Below are positions 15,660-30,045 of a stretch of DNA of 64,000 nt, in pieces. The stretch lies in NCBI RefSeq assembly GCF_009914755.1, contig NC_060936.1, one strand, 5' to 3'. The notes beneath the pieces were generated by a model, which worked only from the letters and a program-made list of their open reading frames with translations, searched no databases and was not told the origin of the DNA. The position numbers and the translations under genes are program-made. Each line of letters begins with the position of its first letter. Position 1 is the first letter of the stretch. Source of the DNA: the human T2T-CHM13v2.0 reference genome, Homo sapiens.

Positions 15660-17340
15660 TGGAGGGAAGCAAACTTGGATTTTTTGTTCTTTTGTATTGT
15701 AAGATGTATATCTAAAAGGTTTTAAAACATATAGCTAAGGACTACTGAAAAGTGAATCCCATGAAGCCATCACCAAGAGCAGGAAATGGGACCCTGCAGG
15801 AGCCTTTCAAACCTTCAGGGAGCATAATTCCTCCCTCCCCTCTAAGAAGAAACACCATCCTGTTTTTTGTCACAATGACTTCCTTGCATTTCTTTATGGT
15901 TCTTCTAATTGCTTAAACACCCCCAAAGAAATGGAGTTTGTTTTTGCTTGTTTTTGAATGTCACACATAGTACTACAGTGAATGTCTTTGTTGTGTCTAG
16001 TTTTCTTTTTTATTTTTATTTTTTTGTATTTCAAAATAAAAACTGTATTTTTGCTTTTCTTTTTTCTTTTTCAATTTTTGTTTTTGTACAAGATTCAATA
16101 GTTATCACATATTAACTTATACACAACGGGATCAACCTCCTCCTCCACGTCGCTTCAAGTCCAAATGTTCAGGCTATAGTCCCCAACATTATTTTCTGAG
16201 AAATATATTACCACAGTTTGATTTAAATATAGATACAGTATATAATACTTGTCTCTGGGAAAAATCAAATTTTAATATGCAAATGTTTATATAATACAGA
16301 AATGGAAAAAACTACAGTAGGCACACAACCTAATTATGACTTGTGGATGATGATTTCTACATACTCTCCTACTGTAAATGAATAGTTAAAAGTCTTAAGA
16401 AGATTTTATTTATATGTGCACTTGTGTCCACCTTATCCCATATACTATACATGTCTATTGACAATCTGGGAATTTAAAGGTGCAGCCCTCAAGAGATTGT
16501 TAAATCACCAAAAAAAAAGGAAACAGGCTCTATTGGACAAGAAAAACACTCACAAAATTTCCAATTTTAAATTTCATATCAGTAGGAAAGTATTAAAAAT
16601 AATTTTCTGTATATACATATGGGTATATGTATATATTGAATTACACATATGTCCCACATTATCAATACAATTCAAATGGAGACATTTTGGTGAGTTTTTT
16701 CATTAAATGATCACTATGTCAAAATTTAAAAATATTTTATTACATCATTAAAATAATTCACTTGCCATTTCAACAGCTTACACTGTTTTTTAAATTTTTT
16801 TAACTCTTCATAACTAAACTCCCTGATCCCTAGTGTTAAATCCCCTATTTAAATTAAAACTTGGTGCTCTTTGTTACTCAGAAACTGATAGGTAAAATCA
16901 CATTTACTTCAAAATTCTATCAATCAAATACATTTTGTTACCTGATTTATCAGAGAATGTTGTGTCTAGTTTTCACCCAATCCATTTGTTAAATTTAGCC
17001 ACGCCATTGCACATAGATGTAGTTCATTTATTTTCATCGCAAAACTGTATTCTGTTGTATGAAAATAACATAATTTTCATCCTCTATTCAACTGGTGATG
17101 GACATTTGGATGGTTTTCCATTTGGGGTTATTTCAAACAAAGCTGAACATTCTTGAACATGTGTCCTGGTACACATGTGGAGGAGAGTCTTTTGGACAGA
17201 TGTTCAAGAATGTTCAGCCTGGGAGTGGAATTGGTGAGTCACGGGGTGTTTGCTTCTTTAATTTTGCTAGTTACTGCCAAACTATTTTCCAAGGTGCATA
17301 CATCAATTATCATCTCACCAGCTGTGTATGAGAGCTCCAA
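15660..17340 (-). mobile_element. Old L1ME-like 3' fragment, interrupted by the retrocopy at 16006-16957
   Basis: gtagttcatttatttt...ggtgatggacatttggatggtttcca...gctgaacattcttgaacatgtgtcctgg...gggagtggaattg is typical of antisense L1M 3' sequence. Confidence 0.75.
16006..16957 (-). pseudogene. Processed retro-insertion (~950 bp) of unidentified non-coding, 3'UTR-like sequence
   Basis: Perfect 17-bp TSD tgttgtgtctagttttc at 15989-16005 and 16958-16974; T-rich (minus-strand A tail) left end; interrupts an L1ME-like element; interior not recognised as a TE. Confidence 0.75.
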
Positions 17341-17444
17341 TGTCTGAATGCCTGGGAAATTGGCAAACAGCTTTTTCTTGTTTAAATTAAAAGGCATGTA
17401 GTAGATCATGAAGAGAGGAAATACAGAGGATGCTTGTGCTTAGG

Positions 17445-17660
17445 CATACTGCAAAGCATATGGACTTTAAACCATACATGACTGAATCCTCCCTTAGTAT
17501 TAACTATGCAGCTTTACCTTGTTTGCTTACCCTCGTCAGTTTTCCTTTATGTAAAACAGGAATACCTATTTCAAGGCTATTTGAAGGATTACATAAAATA
17601 TATTTACAGTGCCCAACCTAGTAAGTGACACAAAGCAGGCATGCAATAATCGTTAGCTGT
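17445..17660 (+). mobile_element. MIR
   Basis: Core tcagttttcctttatgtaaaacagg...gaaggattacataa...caataatcgttagct. Confidence 0.75.
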
Positions 17661-18205
17661 CAATATCATTCTCTTTCTTACTTATTTCCAAAACCAGAGC
17701 TGAAGAATCAAGGTTCCAGTTTCTCTGAACAAGGTATGAGGGCAGAGAACTACACCCTGCAGATTTTTTTTTTCTGGTTTTACATATCTGTTTATTTTGT
17801 GGTACCAGAGCTGAGAAATGCATCTTGAATAAATAAGATCAGAGAAACACAAACCTTCCTTTAGGTCCTTTAGAACTCTAAATCCAAATATCAAATCATG
17901 CGCAGCAAAAGGTATTGCAAATCTCTCACAAAGGATTTAAAAAAGAATGACCAGAAAGTAACTTAAAACAACTATTTTCAAGCAAAGCTAAAATGGGACA
18001 AGTAAATATTCCAACAGATTTAAATCTGACAAATTTCACTCACTCACTATGATCAAGAGGAATAAGTTCCCATCTCATTCAGAAGCAAGTGTGCTATCGA
18101 GAATGTTCTGAATATTCCCTTAGAGTCATTCATTCATATCAGGCTTACTATAACAATTGACAACTGACTCGTGATTATTTAAGACCAATTTAAAGAGTTA
18201 CTCAC

Positions 18206-18366
18206 CTCCTTTCATTCTGAGTTATTGTGCCGTTTTCTAGCTTTTTAACTGTGGTCGCTAGTACTTTATTGGCATCATTGGCAAAGTCTAAGTCTCGAAC
18301 TTCAGACAGTGGAACAGACACGATTGCGAACGCTTCTTTATCTTCTTTGGTTTGGCAGGTTCCAAT
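18206..18366 (-). CDS. ITPR2: ITPR2 exon 13 (161 nt): [53 protein letters not shown](R)
   Basis: AG acceptor 18368-18367, GTGAGT donor from 18205; seen in ORF 18202..18432. Confidence 0.97.
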
Positions 18367-18905
18367 CTGAAATGTTTTTCCATTAAGCTTAGTTTTATAA
18401 ACAACTATACAATATTCTTTGAAGACTAACACATCTAGTACTGTTTAAGAAATATAAGACAAGAATAGATCATCCGAACACAGTAACTCCCACATGCATC
18501 ATCCACTATGAAAGGCTGCAGGGACACAGAGATTTCCTGTGCCCACTTCCTGCCCTGTTCCCAAAGCCCCACTGGAAACTTCTCCCTTTCACACTTGCCC
18601 TCTGCTTCAGTTTCGACAGAGTAGAGAAAAGGCACTCCTGGATTCTACTCCTCCATCCATATGCTGCTACCATTCTTTCTGGTGTCTCTGTAGCATCCTT
18701 CTGAATCACAGCTTTGCTGCCTCCAACCCATTTAGATCAGCTACCTAAGCAACTGGCAGACATGCATGCTTGATGAAATTAATTGCAATGATCTGTAATA
18801 TTGGTGAAGATGGAGTATAAGGAACATGTGTCACACAGCATTCCTATCCTAATCCTATTCTCATGGCATTTGGCTGAAAATTAAACCATCTTCAGTGACA
18901 TTTAC

Positions 18906-19005
18906 CTTTAACATAACAGGCCTCTCTTCATCTGTGTCTATGGGGATACTAGTACTGGTTACCCATGTGTTGGTGCATAAATGCCTTAACCGAACATATG
19001 AGTTC
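18906..19005 (-). CDS. ITPR2: ITPR2 exon 12 (100 nt): (R)[33 protein letters not shown]
   Basis: AG acceptor 19007-19006, GTAAAT donor from 18905; frame continuous with exons 11 and 13. Confidence 0.97.
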
Positions 19006-19195
19006 CTAAAAGCAAAACAATATAAAAAAACAAATTATAAAAAATTAGCACACTTACATATTAACATCTTTAACAGTTTCATATATTATATGAACATAAA
19101 TACATATTAACTAGTAATTGACTCAAGATCCCTCTGCTTTAAGGGGAAATTCGGAATTATAGACTATTTCAAAGCATGCAGCATTTTTACCTAGG

Positions 19196-19380
19196 TAGTA
19201 GTTCTCAAAGTGTGGTCCCTAGACCAGTGGCATCAGCATTGCCTGGGAGCTTGTTAGAAATACAAATTCTGAAACTTCATCCCCATCGACTGAATCAGAA
19301 ACTTTGGGGGTGTGGCCCAACAATGAGTGGTTTAATAGGTTCTCCAGGCAGTTCTGATGCATGCTAAACTAAGAACATTG
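19196..19380. mobile_element. MER5A (hAT-Charlie)
   Basis: gttctcaaagtgtggtccctagaccag...catcagcattgcctgggagcttgttagaaatacaaattct...ttctgatgcatgctaa. Confidence 0.85.
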
Positions 19381-19466
19381 ATCAAATAGCCAACTCAGCT
19401 AACACTGCTGGCAGACAGTAGTGTAGTTTGTGTAGTTTAATTGTCTGCATGTGAAAGTATTAATGT

Positions 19467-20066
19467 ACAATCAATCCTCATTATTTGTGGCTTCTGTACT
19501 TGTGAATTCTCCTGTTCGGTAAAATTTATTTGTAGCCCCAAAATCAATATTCAAGGAGCTTTTGTGGTCATTCCAGAACATACATAGAGTGGCAAAAATT
19601 TAAGTGGCCCAGTAGGCACATTTCCAAGCTGAAGTGGAACAAGGTGATGCTCTGCCTTCTTGTCTCAGCTCTCATGCTATAAACAAGTGTCCTTTTTGTG
19701 GCCCATTTAGTGCCATGTTTTTCATATTTCACAATAAGATGGCCCCCACATGAGGTGTAGAAGTGCCATCTAGTGTTCCTAAAGCACAAGAAGGTTGTGA
19801 TGTGCCTTACAAAGAAAATACTTGTGCTAGATGAGCTTCGTTCATGCATGAATTATAGTGCTGTTGACCACAAGTTCAATGTTAATGAATCAGCAACGTA
19901 CATTAAATAAGGTGTATTTAAACAGAAGCACACATAGAACAAGGCTATGTATTCGTCAACAAAAATGTTGTGACCAGAAGCTCACAGGAACCTAACTCTA
20001 TATTTCCCCTAGGAACAATGGTTCAGTATTTGCTAATTCCATGTACCATGAATTTTAAAGATTGAC
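19467..20066. mobile_element. MER82-like (TcMar-Tigger) DNA transposon
   Basis: caatcaatcctcattatttgtgg...aaaatttatttgtagccccaaaatcaata...ggaacctaactctatatttcccctaggaacaatggttcagtattt. Confidence 0.8.
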
Positions 20067-20419
20067 TAGATATGAACTGTGAGAGAATGCCTAAGAAAGG
20101 ACACCTAGAACTTCATCCTACTCAAGTATTACCGTTTTTAGTAAATCTTTTATAATCTTTTGTTATTTCTTTAACAAATATGTGTATAGTGTCTATTAAA
20201 AGAAAAGCACAGTAAGTACTCTGCCTTCAAGTTGCTTACAGATCAGTGTAAAGATAAGGCATAAATACGTCTTAAAACATAAGGTAAAAAGCATTAGGGC
20301 CAAGAAAAGAAAACCAAATAAAATGCCAAGGGACTCAGGCAAAGAGATTCATTCAACAACCTGGTTCTGCTCCTTTATAAAAGTAGATAAAATACAAACT
20401 GAGCTTCAAATATCTAAAA

Positions 20420-20770
20420 TAGCAGTTCTCCAATCTTTGTTCAAATAACTAGAAATTCTGAAATGCCTCTGTTTTATCACTTGGCATCTTCTGCATTGAA
20501 TTACACAGGAGATGTAATTTGTACTCAGTTGTCATCAGGTCCCCTGGTGATTTAGTATAGAATAAAGTTTAAGCAGCATTGGACCATAAAGTCTGAGAAA
20601 CACTGGACTCCACAGTGGAATCACTTGGGTAATAAATGCTTCAAAAAGAGTAAAGCCTGCACCCCACCTGTAAGACTCTGATTTCATTGGTCTCAGTGTG
20701 GCCAGGGCATGGTGAGGTGTCAACAATACCCAGGTGGTTCTAATTTACAGTCAGCTTGAGAACCACTGTT
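20420..20770. mobile_element. MER5-family fragments
   Basis: gcagttctccaa...; gaatcacttggg...gactctgatttcattggtct...caggtggttctaat...ttgagaaccactg. Confidence 0.6.
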
Positions 20771-21635
20771 CCAACTCAGTCTCTAGTTCCTGATCTGTAA
20801 GAGTTACTGCCAGTATGCAATAAGACAATATTTATTAAGAACTTGACACAGGACTTAATACATAAAAAGTGCTTCAAGAGTTATATTATAATAGTAGTTA
20901 TTAAGCATTAATTAATGTTGGCTTGAATACAATTAATGACAGATGAATCGATGTTAATACAAAATTCTGCACTACACTGAATAGGGCTTCCACAGTTCTG
21001 AAAAGTAATAGATTAATTATTCTATATAAAGTGAGGCTCAGTGGCCCTCATCGTGGTTCTATACACTTTCTAGTAAGACCCTTTTATCATTTCCTTAAGC
21101 AAATTCTCTTGGTTAGAGTTCAAGAAGGACTCCCTTTTTGCTGACTTAAATCTAAAATAAGTAAAGTCATAGTAAGGATTGATTAAGGTCCCAGTCCTGG
21201 GAGGAGAAAGCCAGAGACCTGGGTCAGGTAAAACCAGAGAGGATCTCTTTACAGGCTTATATTGATGGAAAAAAAAAAGAGTGAGAGATGGACTCATATA
21301 AGGTATGAAATTCAGCAACATTTCTCATGAATGAGAATAGCCATAAAACACCCTGGGAAGCTCTACCAGCAATGTTTCTCAATAGTGTTATTATAGTAAC
21401 TTTTTACCCTCCCTGGAGGAAACCCACACAATGCCTGCCTTTCTGCATAGGTGCCTTCAGCTTCACCACTGCCATCTGCCAAGGCCAAGCACAATACTGC
21501 TCCATCAAGGCCAATTTAGAGCCATCCCACTAACCCTAATAATATGGGCAAGACTCCTCGATGCATCTAGAGAGTGCATCATAGCCTTATGGTTGAAAGA
21601 TGGACAGTTGTAGACAAAAAAGCTTAACTAAACTA

Positions 21636-21960
<325 letters not shown>

Positions 21961-22029
21961 ATGGTCAAATTCAAGCAAAAGAATGTAAGATATTGTCTTA
22001 CCTTAAGTTCTGGCAATCTCATTTCCAAT

Positions 22030-22455
22030 CCCACAACCCCTCCCTCATTTATGTCTAATTACTCTGCCTTCTCACTGGTCCTTAAAAACACCCAGTAAAT
22101 TTCAACATTTTTCATTTCGTGTTCCTGCTGCTTGAAATGTTCCTCCTAGGAAGAGAGGACTTGATTCCTTAATTCATTCAGATCGTTATTCAAATGTACT
22201 AACTCAGAGAGGCCACAGTTGAACACTCCTACCTAATAGAACTCTCCATACCCTCCATTTTTTCTTCAAAGCACTTTTATTACCTGACCTTATATTAATA
22301 TTTTATGTCTATTGTTTTGTTTACTGCCTGTCTCCCCCATTTGAATGTGAGAATATAACCAGTTTGTTCACTGTTGTCTTCCCAATGCCAAGGGCAATGC
22401 CTGGAATGTAATGGATGTTCAATAGATATTTCTTGACTGATTGACTACATAAATG
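22030..22455 (+). mobile_element. L2 3' end
   Basis: ...ttgttcactgttgtcttccca...atgcctgg...ttcaatagatatttcttgactga...atgaatgaa. Confidence 0.75.
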
Positions 22456-22812
22456 AACAAATGGATGAATGAAATGGGAAATCTGACATAATAAAAATAA
22501 ATGATAAATATATAAATAGAAATACTTTTATATTATTTTTCATTTTAGTAACCAAAGGCCATACAAGTAATAAGAATAAATGATTCTTATAAATTTTTCA
22601 GAGTTTCTTTGGTCCTGCACATTTTAATTATTAATAAGAATAAAACAAACTATGTTAACCTCCTCACAGAAGAGATACAATGTTTTACACATTTTTCTTC
22701 ATTTATGTTTGCTCCCTTGATATCATAAAAATATATTAATATTATTATTTTCATTCCTCACCTACTGGTATAATTATTCAAAGAAACATCTTTTAACCAT
22801 AATTTTTTTTAC

Positions 22813-22964
22813 CTTGGAACCAGGCAGTCAGCTCTCTGAAGAGTTGTGGCATCTAGTTCAAAAAGGGATGCAATGTCATTGCCATGCGGGACTGAAACCA
22901 AAGTATACATGATCTTCTCCCCTGCCTGGCGTTTTTTCTTTGAAGTTGGAGGGACTCCATCTCT
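22813..22964 (-). CDS. ITPR2: ITPR2 exon 11 (152 nt): [50 protein letters not shown](R)
   Basis: AG acceptor 22966-22965, GTAAAA donor from 22812; seen in ORF 22809..23021. Confidence 0.97.
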
Positions 22965-24374
22965 CTGTTGAGGAAGTACAAGTTTATTTACTTTTATCAC
23001 GTTTCTTGCTAAACTCTCCAATTAATCAGGTGATAAGGTTTAAATGTGCATGTTATTTCTTCCTTGGATTGAAGAGGTGTCTATTTCACATCATCCAGAA
23101 ACACTAGCTCTAGCCCGACAGCCATTGAGGTAATTACTGTCAACAGTGATGAGTCCCACACTCCTAGGGCGGGGTGGCTTGATCTGCCCACATCATTAAG
23201 GCACTAACGGTACCAATAGTTATGGACCCTTCCCTCGTTCTCTTAAACCTATTTACAAAGTAGTAATTTTGACCATTCCACAGTTAAAACAAACACAGAG
23301 AAGAGCCCGTGTGTTGAATCATCTAGATTTCTGAAGTTAAAGTAAGCATGGCAGTGTGCAGGAGTTCATACCTAACTCCCCAGGCATAATAATACTTGGA
23401 GAGGAGCAGAATCAACAGCAACATTCCCTTTCACCACCTGCTTGCTCCCCTAGATTCAAGAACATACTATAATTGCATAAGAAATAAAATAAAAGGAGAT
23501 CTCCACACACAGAAGCCTTCATAGTGATGTGGAACTTGGTCAATGCTTCCAGCACACCCTACCATTTTAAGCAGAAACCAACAAGAGATTAATGAGTATG
23601 TGTTTTTACTAGAACTTCCCCAAGTCCCAGTACCCCATGGAAGAACTGGTTGCACGAGAAACCAAAACAAGGGATGCAATATAAGCTTGGTAGTTAGTAG
23701 ATAAAAATAGTGACTTACACATATTTATTAAAACAGGTGAAATCTGAAAATGAGAGTGGAAGAAAGACAGACAGAAACACTGTCACTGCACTATCACAGG
23801 AAGGTGAATGAAACTGAGGGAAGGAAGGGATGCTCAAAAGGCAAATGCAAGCAGCCTATATCCATGGACAAGCGTTTCTTCAATGGCTGCTGCGACAACA
23901 AGATATTACCCCTGATCATCCCAGAACATTCACTTGGAGTCCCTACCCCCTCCCAGAGATTGTTAATATCATTTTACTTGGATCAAAAAGCCTTGCTTTT
24001 TGGCCTCTTCTGTAAATGGTGCACAAATGGTAGCACCGTTGAAATGGGAATGGGCAGAGGGAACTGCCAGCGTTCCTAAACAGGAGCAGGATTGTTATCT
24101 GCTAAAGCCCTCACAGCCTCACAGCACCAGGTAGCTCCCGTCATCTTTGACTTCTGTGTCTTCCACAGAGACCAAAATTCAGAGTTAAATGAAAGCAGGG
24201 GTTCAGCAAACTCTCCACAAAGGGTGACCCTCATAACAGTAGTTTCTTATTTGTAAATATAAACTCTGTTTATTGACTAGAAAAGGGCATACTTAGCATA
24301 CTATACATCATAAGGGAGTATGGGCATGTAGGAAGGAAGAAAATGCAGAAACAGTTAGCAAATAATACTTCTGA

Positions 24375-24671
<297 letters not shown>

Positions 24672-24819
24672 GATATTTCTGAATTTATACAAAGCTTCTC
24701 ACAATACCAAAGCCATTCCTTTGGTTGTTCTCATTAATCCCACAACAAAAAATTTAAGAGAGAGAAAGGTAAGCATTATAATTTCCATTGAGCAAAGAGA
24801 TGAGTGCAGTTACCTAAAA

Positions 24820-24958
24820 AAGATGAAAGATGAGGGAAGGGGAAAAAGAAAGGGGAGGAAGAAGGAGAAGCAGAGGAAGAAGAAGGAGAAGGGAAAAGAG
24901 GGAAAGAAGGAAGGAGAGGAGGTGGGGAGAAAGAATAGAGAACAAGAGGGGAGCAGTA
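24820..24958. repeat. Polypurine (GA-rich) low-complexity tract within a MIR remnant
   Basis: Almost pure A/G for ~140 bp. Confidence 0.85.
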
Positions 24959-25261
24959 GATGGTGGTAATGAATGCTCAGCCCCAAATTCAACTGACCAG
25001 GGCCTGAATCCAAGCCAACCCAAGCCAGAGGCCAGGCCTGAGGCCCTTAAATACTGTATGAGTCACTCCTCTAAGAGTAAATAAAAACTCATGGCTAAGA
25101 CCCTCCCCCAAGTCTTCTGAAAAAGTTATCTTGGGTCTTGGGACCCACTTTCACGGTGATTTGCATGAAGGATGAGGAAGCCTAAGAATTGAAGACAAAA
25201 TATATGAGGGGGAAAACCACCCTCTCATCCCTCAAGAAGAAAGTCTAAATGTCTTTAAATA

Positions 25262-25848
<587 letters not shown>

Positions 25849-27819
25849 AAACTCAAAAGTGTGTTGGTTCATTGATCTACATCATGTACCTCAACATGAA
25901 AATCTAGGTGTTATAATAAGATATGGATGGCAAAGACGCAGTTTTCCCTGAAGGCTCTGAAATCTGATGGTGACACTAAAGCCACACTGCTGTCCAACTG
26001 CAAACAGCTGACGCAAGAAGGCCTGAACAAGGTCTATGCAATCCTCTTTTACAGGGCCCAGTAGAAGACCATGTGCAAGTAGGAATTCCTTGTCAAGGTT
26101 AAAAACTGTAGTGACATCTGATACTGAAGAGGACAATGATTATGAAGAACACGGCATACAAAAGGAAGGAAGGAGGAGGTTTAGAAGAGGATGTGATAAT
26201 TCTAAAAGAAAACAAAGGATGTTTGTTTTTAATGATATCCCCAGTAACATGAAAACTTGGGGAGAAATAGACCAGGAGAATTATAGTCACAAAGAAATAT
26301 TGGAAAAGAGCTTTTTTTCCTGGATTTTGGAACCCTATTGTAGCCAAAAGAAAGAGCCACAAGCACACTGAGTGTTGTAAATACATGTGAGAGAAGACTG
26401 CCTCGGAATATAAGGACACAGAAGTTATGAACAAGATCAGTCAGTTATACAAATAACCTAAAGGATTTTTGTGACTATTACGGCAATGGGATTTGGGCAC
26501 AAGTGGCTTAAGTGGAATATTGGGAAGGCACAAATAAAACATAATATTAACTAAGGAAGATAAAATGTTATCAGTCATATTGAACCATGTTTGAATAAAG
26601 GCTTATTAACAGAAGATCAGCATGTAACCCAAATAAATGGAGAATAAAACAGTTTCTCTCACCATTGCCTAGTGTAGAAGCAATAAATGGCAAGCGCCAG
26701 TCTTCTTGGAAAAATAGCATATCCTTAAAAGGAGTATGTGTCATCTAATTTCCTGAGTCTCCTGCACCCCAATATTCTAATTTAGCCTTTGATACATATT
26801 CTCCTTCAAGGAAAATGCACCAATTGAGCCAAATATTTAGGTCTATTTGGCAATTGAAAGTTGGCATTGTGGTTTATTCATCAGTCTTTTGTGAGTTTAT
26901 TTAGAAGGAGTTAATCCTCCTGCATTTATCCCTCTTTTAAAATGCTAATGAAATAAATTTTCTAGACTTATAAGAAAAGATCAGACCCAGGTTCCTACAG
27001 AATGCCCTCCTACCCTACACTCCTTGGTAATGTCTCCCTGTAAAGGCCCAACAAGAGTAGTCAGGGACCTCTCTATTTTGACATTCTCACACTGCAACAA
27101 TTAGACTGTCTTCCAAACACAGAAAAAACTCACCAGTTAGGGTTAATTAAAAGAGGTCACTCTGAATTACTCATACTGTTTAAGACCTGTGGTTTTATTT
27201 TAATTACATAGGATAAGTAGAATACGCTATTCCACCCTTAAATAGTTCACTTAGGTTCTTGGAAAACAGCTTTAATGAAAAGAAAATCTCCATTTATAAA
27301 GAGCATATAACAATTGCTTATGTGTGAATAAGAGCTTCAAACATGTTTAGAAGTTTTTTAAAACAGTGCTGTAGCCTTAAGCATTCTGCTTTCACTCTTT
27401 TGCACTCTGTTAATTTGCTTAATAAACTCTCTTGGTAGACAGTCTGACAGTAAACTTCAAGCCCACTCCTTGGAATGTGCCCCTCAAGCCAGCCTCTAAT
27501 GACATCTGAATAACGTGTGATAAGTATACAATTTTTAATGTATGATTCAAGCCTCAATATAGAAAAAAGTCAATATATCTTTATAACATGAAGACAATTC
27601 AGTTTAAAATTGTGTCCTTGTGGCTTTTGTTTATAAACTCACATTGATTTTTTTAAGAAAAAAGACACAGAAACACTAGTTCCCCACACCGAATCACAGA
27701 AGCGCAACGCCCTCTCTCTTCAGCATGAAAATACATTAAGGTACGACAGAACTTAAACAGGTATTAAATTTAACCTCAGCTAGCTCTCCAAAACATTCTC
27801 AATTTAGGGTAACACAGGG

Positions 27820-28270
27820 CCTTGGAATGTTAACCTGGTCTACTGAGCTCTTAATCAAACGAGCATTTTTCACTCAGAAAGAAAGCCACATAGCCTCTCA
27901 AGTTGTACATGGAGAAAATGCCCCTACGAAAAGCCAGCTGAGTCAACTCAACTAATGGCTCTCCTTGCTTCTCCTGCCGTCCTGGGGCCTGCAGGCATCC
28001 GCACAGCAGTCAGCCCCTAGAACACCTTCTCTGCTGACTCATTTGTGAGTCATCAAATTTTTAGCACAGACATCACGTTGCAATTCTGTTGTTGGGAGCC
28101 AGAGACATTCTGTAAGAAACGTCTGCATTTGCAGAGTTGGTTCAGACCTGTGAGCGGCCACAGCAGCATAACGATGTGCATGCACGTGTGTTTTTGTTCA
28201 CATCCTCCAGGGCTCTCACTACTGACTTTATGTAACCGCACACAACACTGCCATTTACAGCTGCAAATAC
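27820..28270. promoter_or_regulatory. Candidate intronic enhancer (AP-1/MARE, RUNX, E-box motif cluster)
   Basis: TGAGTCA 27939-27945, TGCTGACTCA 28032-28041, TGAGTCA 28046-28052, CACGTG ~28183, AACCGCA ~28234. Non-repetitive and relatively GC/CpG-rich. Motif-only evidence. Confidence 0.45.
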
Positions 28271-28551
28271 TTCTCTTGCCGAGGTTCCTTAACAAACTGC
28301 TACTCTCCAATTAATTTCTGATAGAACCTTTGTTTCTGTGTTTTCCTTATCACCTTGTCACTGATGAATATATAGTAAAACAAGGAAATTCGGGGGTCAG
28401 AATCTGGTACTCAGGAAAATTTGAGGGTCTGTCAGAAGCTGGTACACCGCCCCCCCGCCAAATTCTATGGACACAGGATTTTCAGTTATATTTCCACAAA
28501 GTTCCCTGGTTCCTGGAACATTTCTGTTGATGTATATAAATGCACATAGAC

Positions 28552-28740
28552 CGGTGGTTCTCAACAGGGAATGATATTTGCCCCCAGGGGGCATTGGCAA
28601 TTTCTGGGCACATTGTTAGTTGCCACAATCAGGGACCTGCTATTGGCACCTGGTGAGTAGAGGGTGTGGATGCTGCTAAACATCCTACAGGCAAAAGCCA
28701 TTGCACCACAACAGAGAATTATCTGGCCCAATATGGCCAG
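28552..28740 (+). mobile_element. MER20 (hAT-Charlie)
   Basis: gtggttctcaac...ttgcccccagggggcattggcaat...gatgctgctaaacatcctaca...gaattatctggccca. Confidence 0.85.
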
Positions 28741-29751
28741 AAATTCCAATATCTAAAACAGACATTCCCAAGAAAAATCAGATCATATTCCACATAAATA
28801 TGGTAATGTTAAGATGGGTAGCGTTAATTCCAAAAAATTCCCCTTCAAAGAGCCATCTGAAAAGATGCAGCTTTTCAAGGAGAAGAAACTAATGACTGTC
28901 AGGTTCCCAGCTGGGCTTGACACGGTTCCAATGTTTACAGGGTCCCTGTGGATGCTGTACATTTGTAAGATTGGAAATAATAGACTCCTTTGTAGAATAA
29001 ATACAGCAATTTGTGTCTTAATGGGAGCTCTGACACACACCGCCTCATTTCAGTGGCACCATGCATGAACCTTTGAAACTTCAAATACGGAAGGCAACAT
29101 TTTGATAAATGTTTCTAAATTACAAAAAAAAAATATTAACTGGGCATTACATAGACAACGTCAGGAAAACTAGGAAAGAAAAAATTAGCATGGTCATAAT
29201 AAAGTCAGTGTTACTGGAACCCAGATCTGAGGTGAAACAGTATTCTGTTTTGGGAAACTGATTGCATATTTCACAGGCTGGAGATAAACTCTAACAGCTC
29301 CTTTGTTTTCTTCTTTAGACAGAAAAATAATTATTGCTCTGTGGCAAATGTTCTATAAAATAGGAAGCCATATTGTTAGCTTTATGGCTCCACATTCTCA
29401 ATTTTCTTTGCTCTCAAGCTAGGTATTCTGGAGAGGAAAAAAAATTAAATCAACTGTCTGCAGTTGGATGTCTCCCTGAGATGACAGATGAGACTCAGTC
29501 ATAAACATCTACAGCAAAAGCAGACCCATCTGTGTTGAATGCAATTAAAGTATTGCCAGTAACAACGGCTTAAACAGAAGAGCACTCTTTCTCACCTTTA
29601 GAGGTCAATGAAGAAGTTGTTTTTTCGAATAAAAAGAAGAAAAGCTATCAAGTCTAACTAAAAGCTTGATTAACAGAAAGAGTGAACTTCACCATGGATA
29701 TATGATCATTTATACAGTTTGTGCTGTTCCATAGAACCTCCATACCCTATG

Positions 29752-30045
29752 TAGTCAACCCTCGGTATCTGCAGAGGATTGGTTCCAGGACCCCCTGCAA
29801 ATACAAAAATCTGCTCAAGTTTCTCATATAAAATTGCATAGTATTTGCATATAACCTATACATATCCTCCTATATACTTTAAATTACCTGTAGATTAGTC
29901 ATAATATCTAATACAATCTAAGTGCCAGGTAAATACTTGTTATACTGTATTGTTTTTTAATTTGTATTATTATATTTTGGTGTTTTTGATCTGTGGATGT
30001 TCGAATACACAGATGCAAAACCACTGGATAGGGAGGAAGACTGTA
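29752..30045. mobile_element. MER2 (TcMar-Tigger)
   Basis: gtcaaccctcggtatctgcagaggattggttccaggacccc...gtatttgcatataacctatacatatcctcc...gactgta. Confidence 0.85.

Noticed and set aside
19762-19778. CTCF-like motif (ACACTAGATGGCAC on minus), and CCACCAGATGCC near 2775
   Set aside because: Each mismatches a key core position, and the first lies inside a MER82-like element; much weaker than the 38134/42321 pair.
25891-26434. Cluster of 81-111 aa ORFs with a protein-like look (SDTEEDNDYEE...)
   Set aside because: No family recognised and no TSD, tail or splice structure; possibly a very old TE remnant but unsupported without a search.
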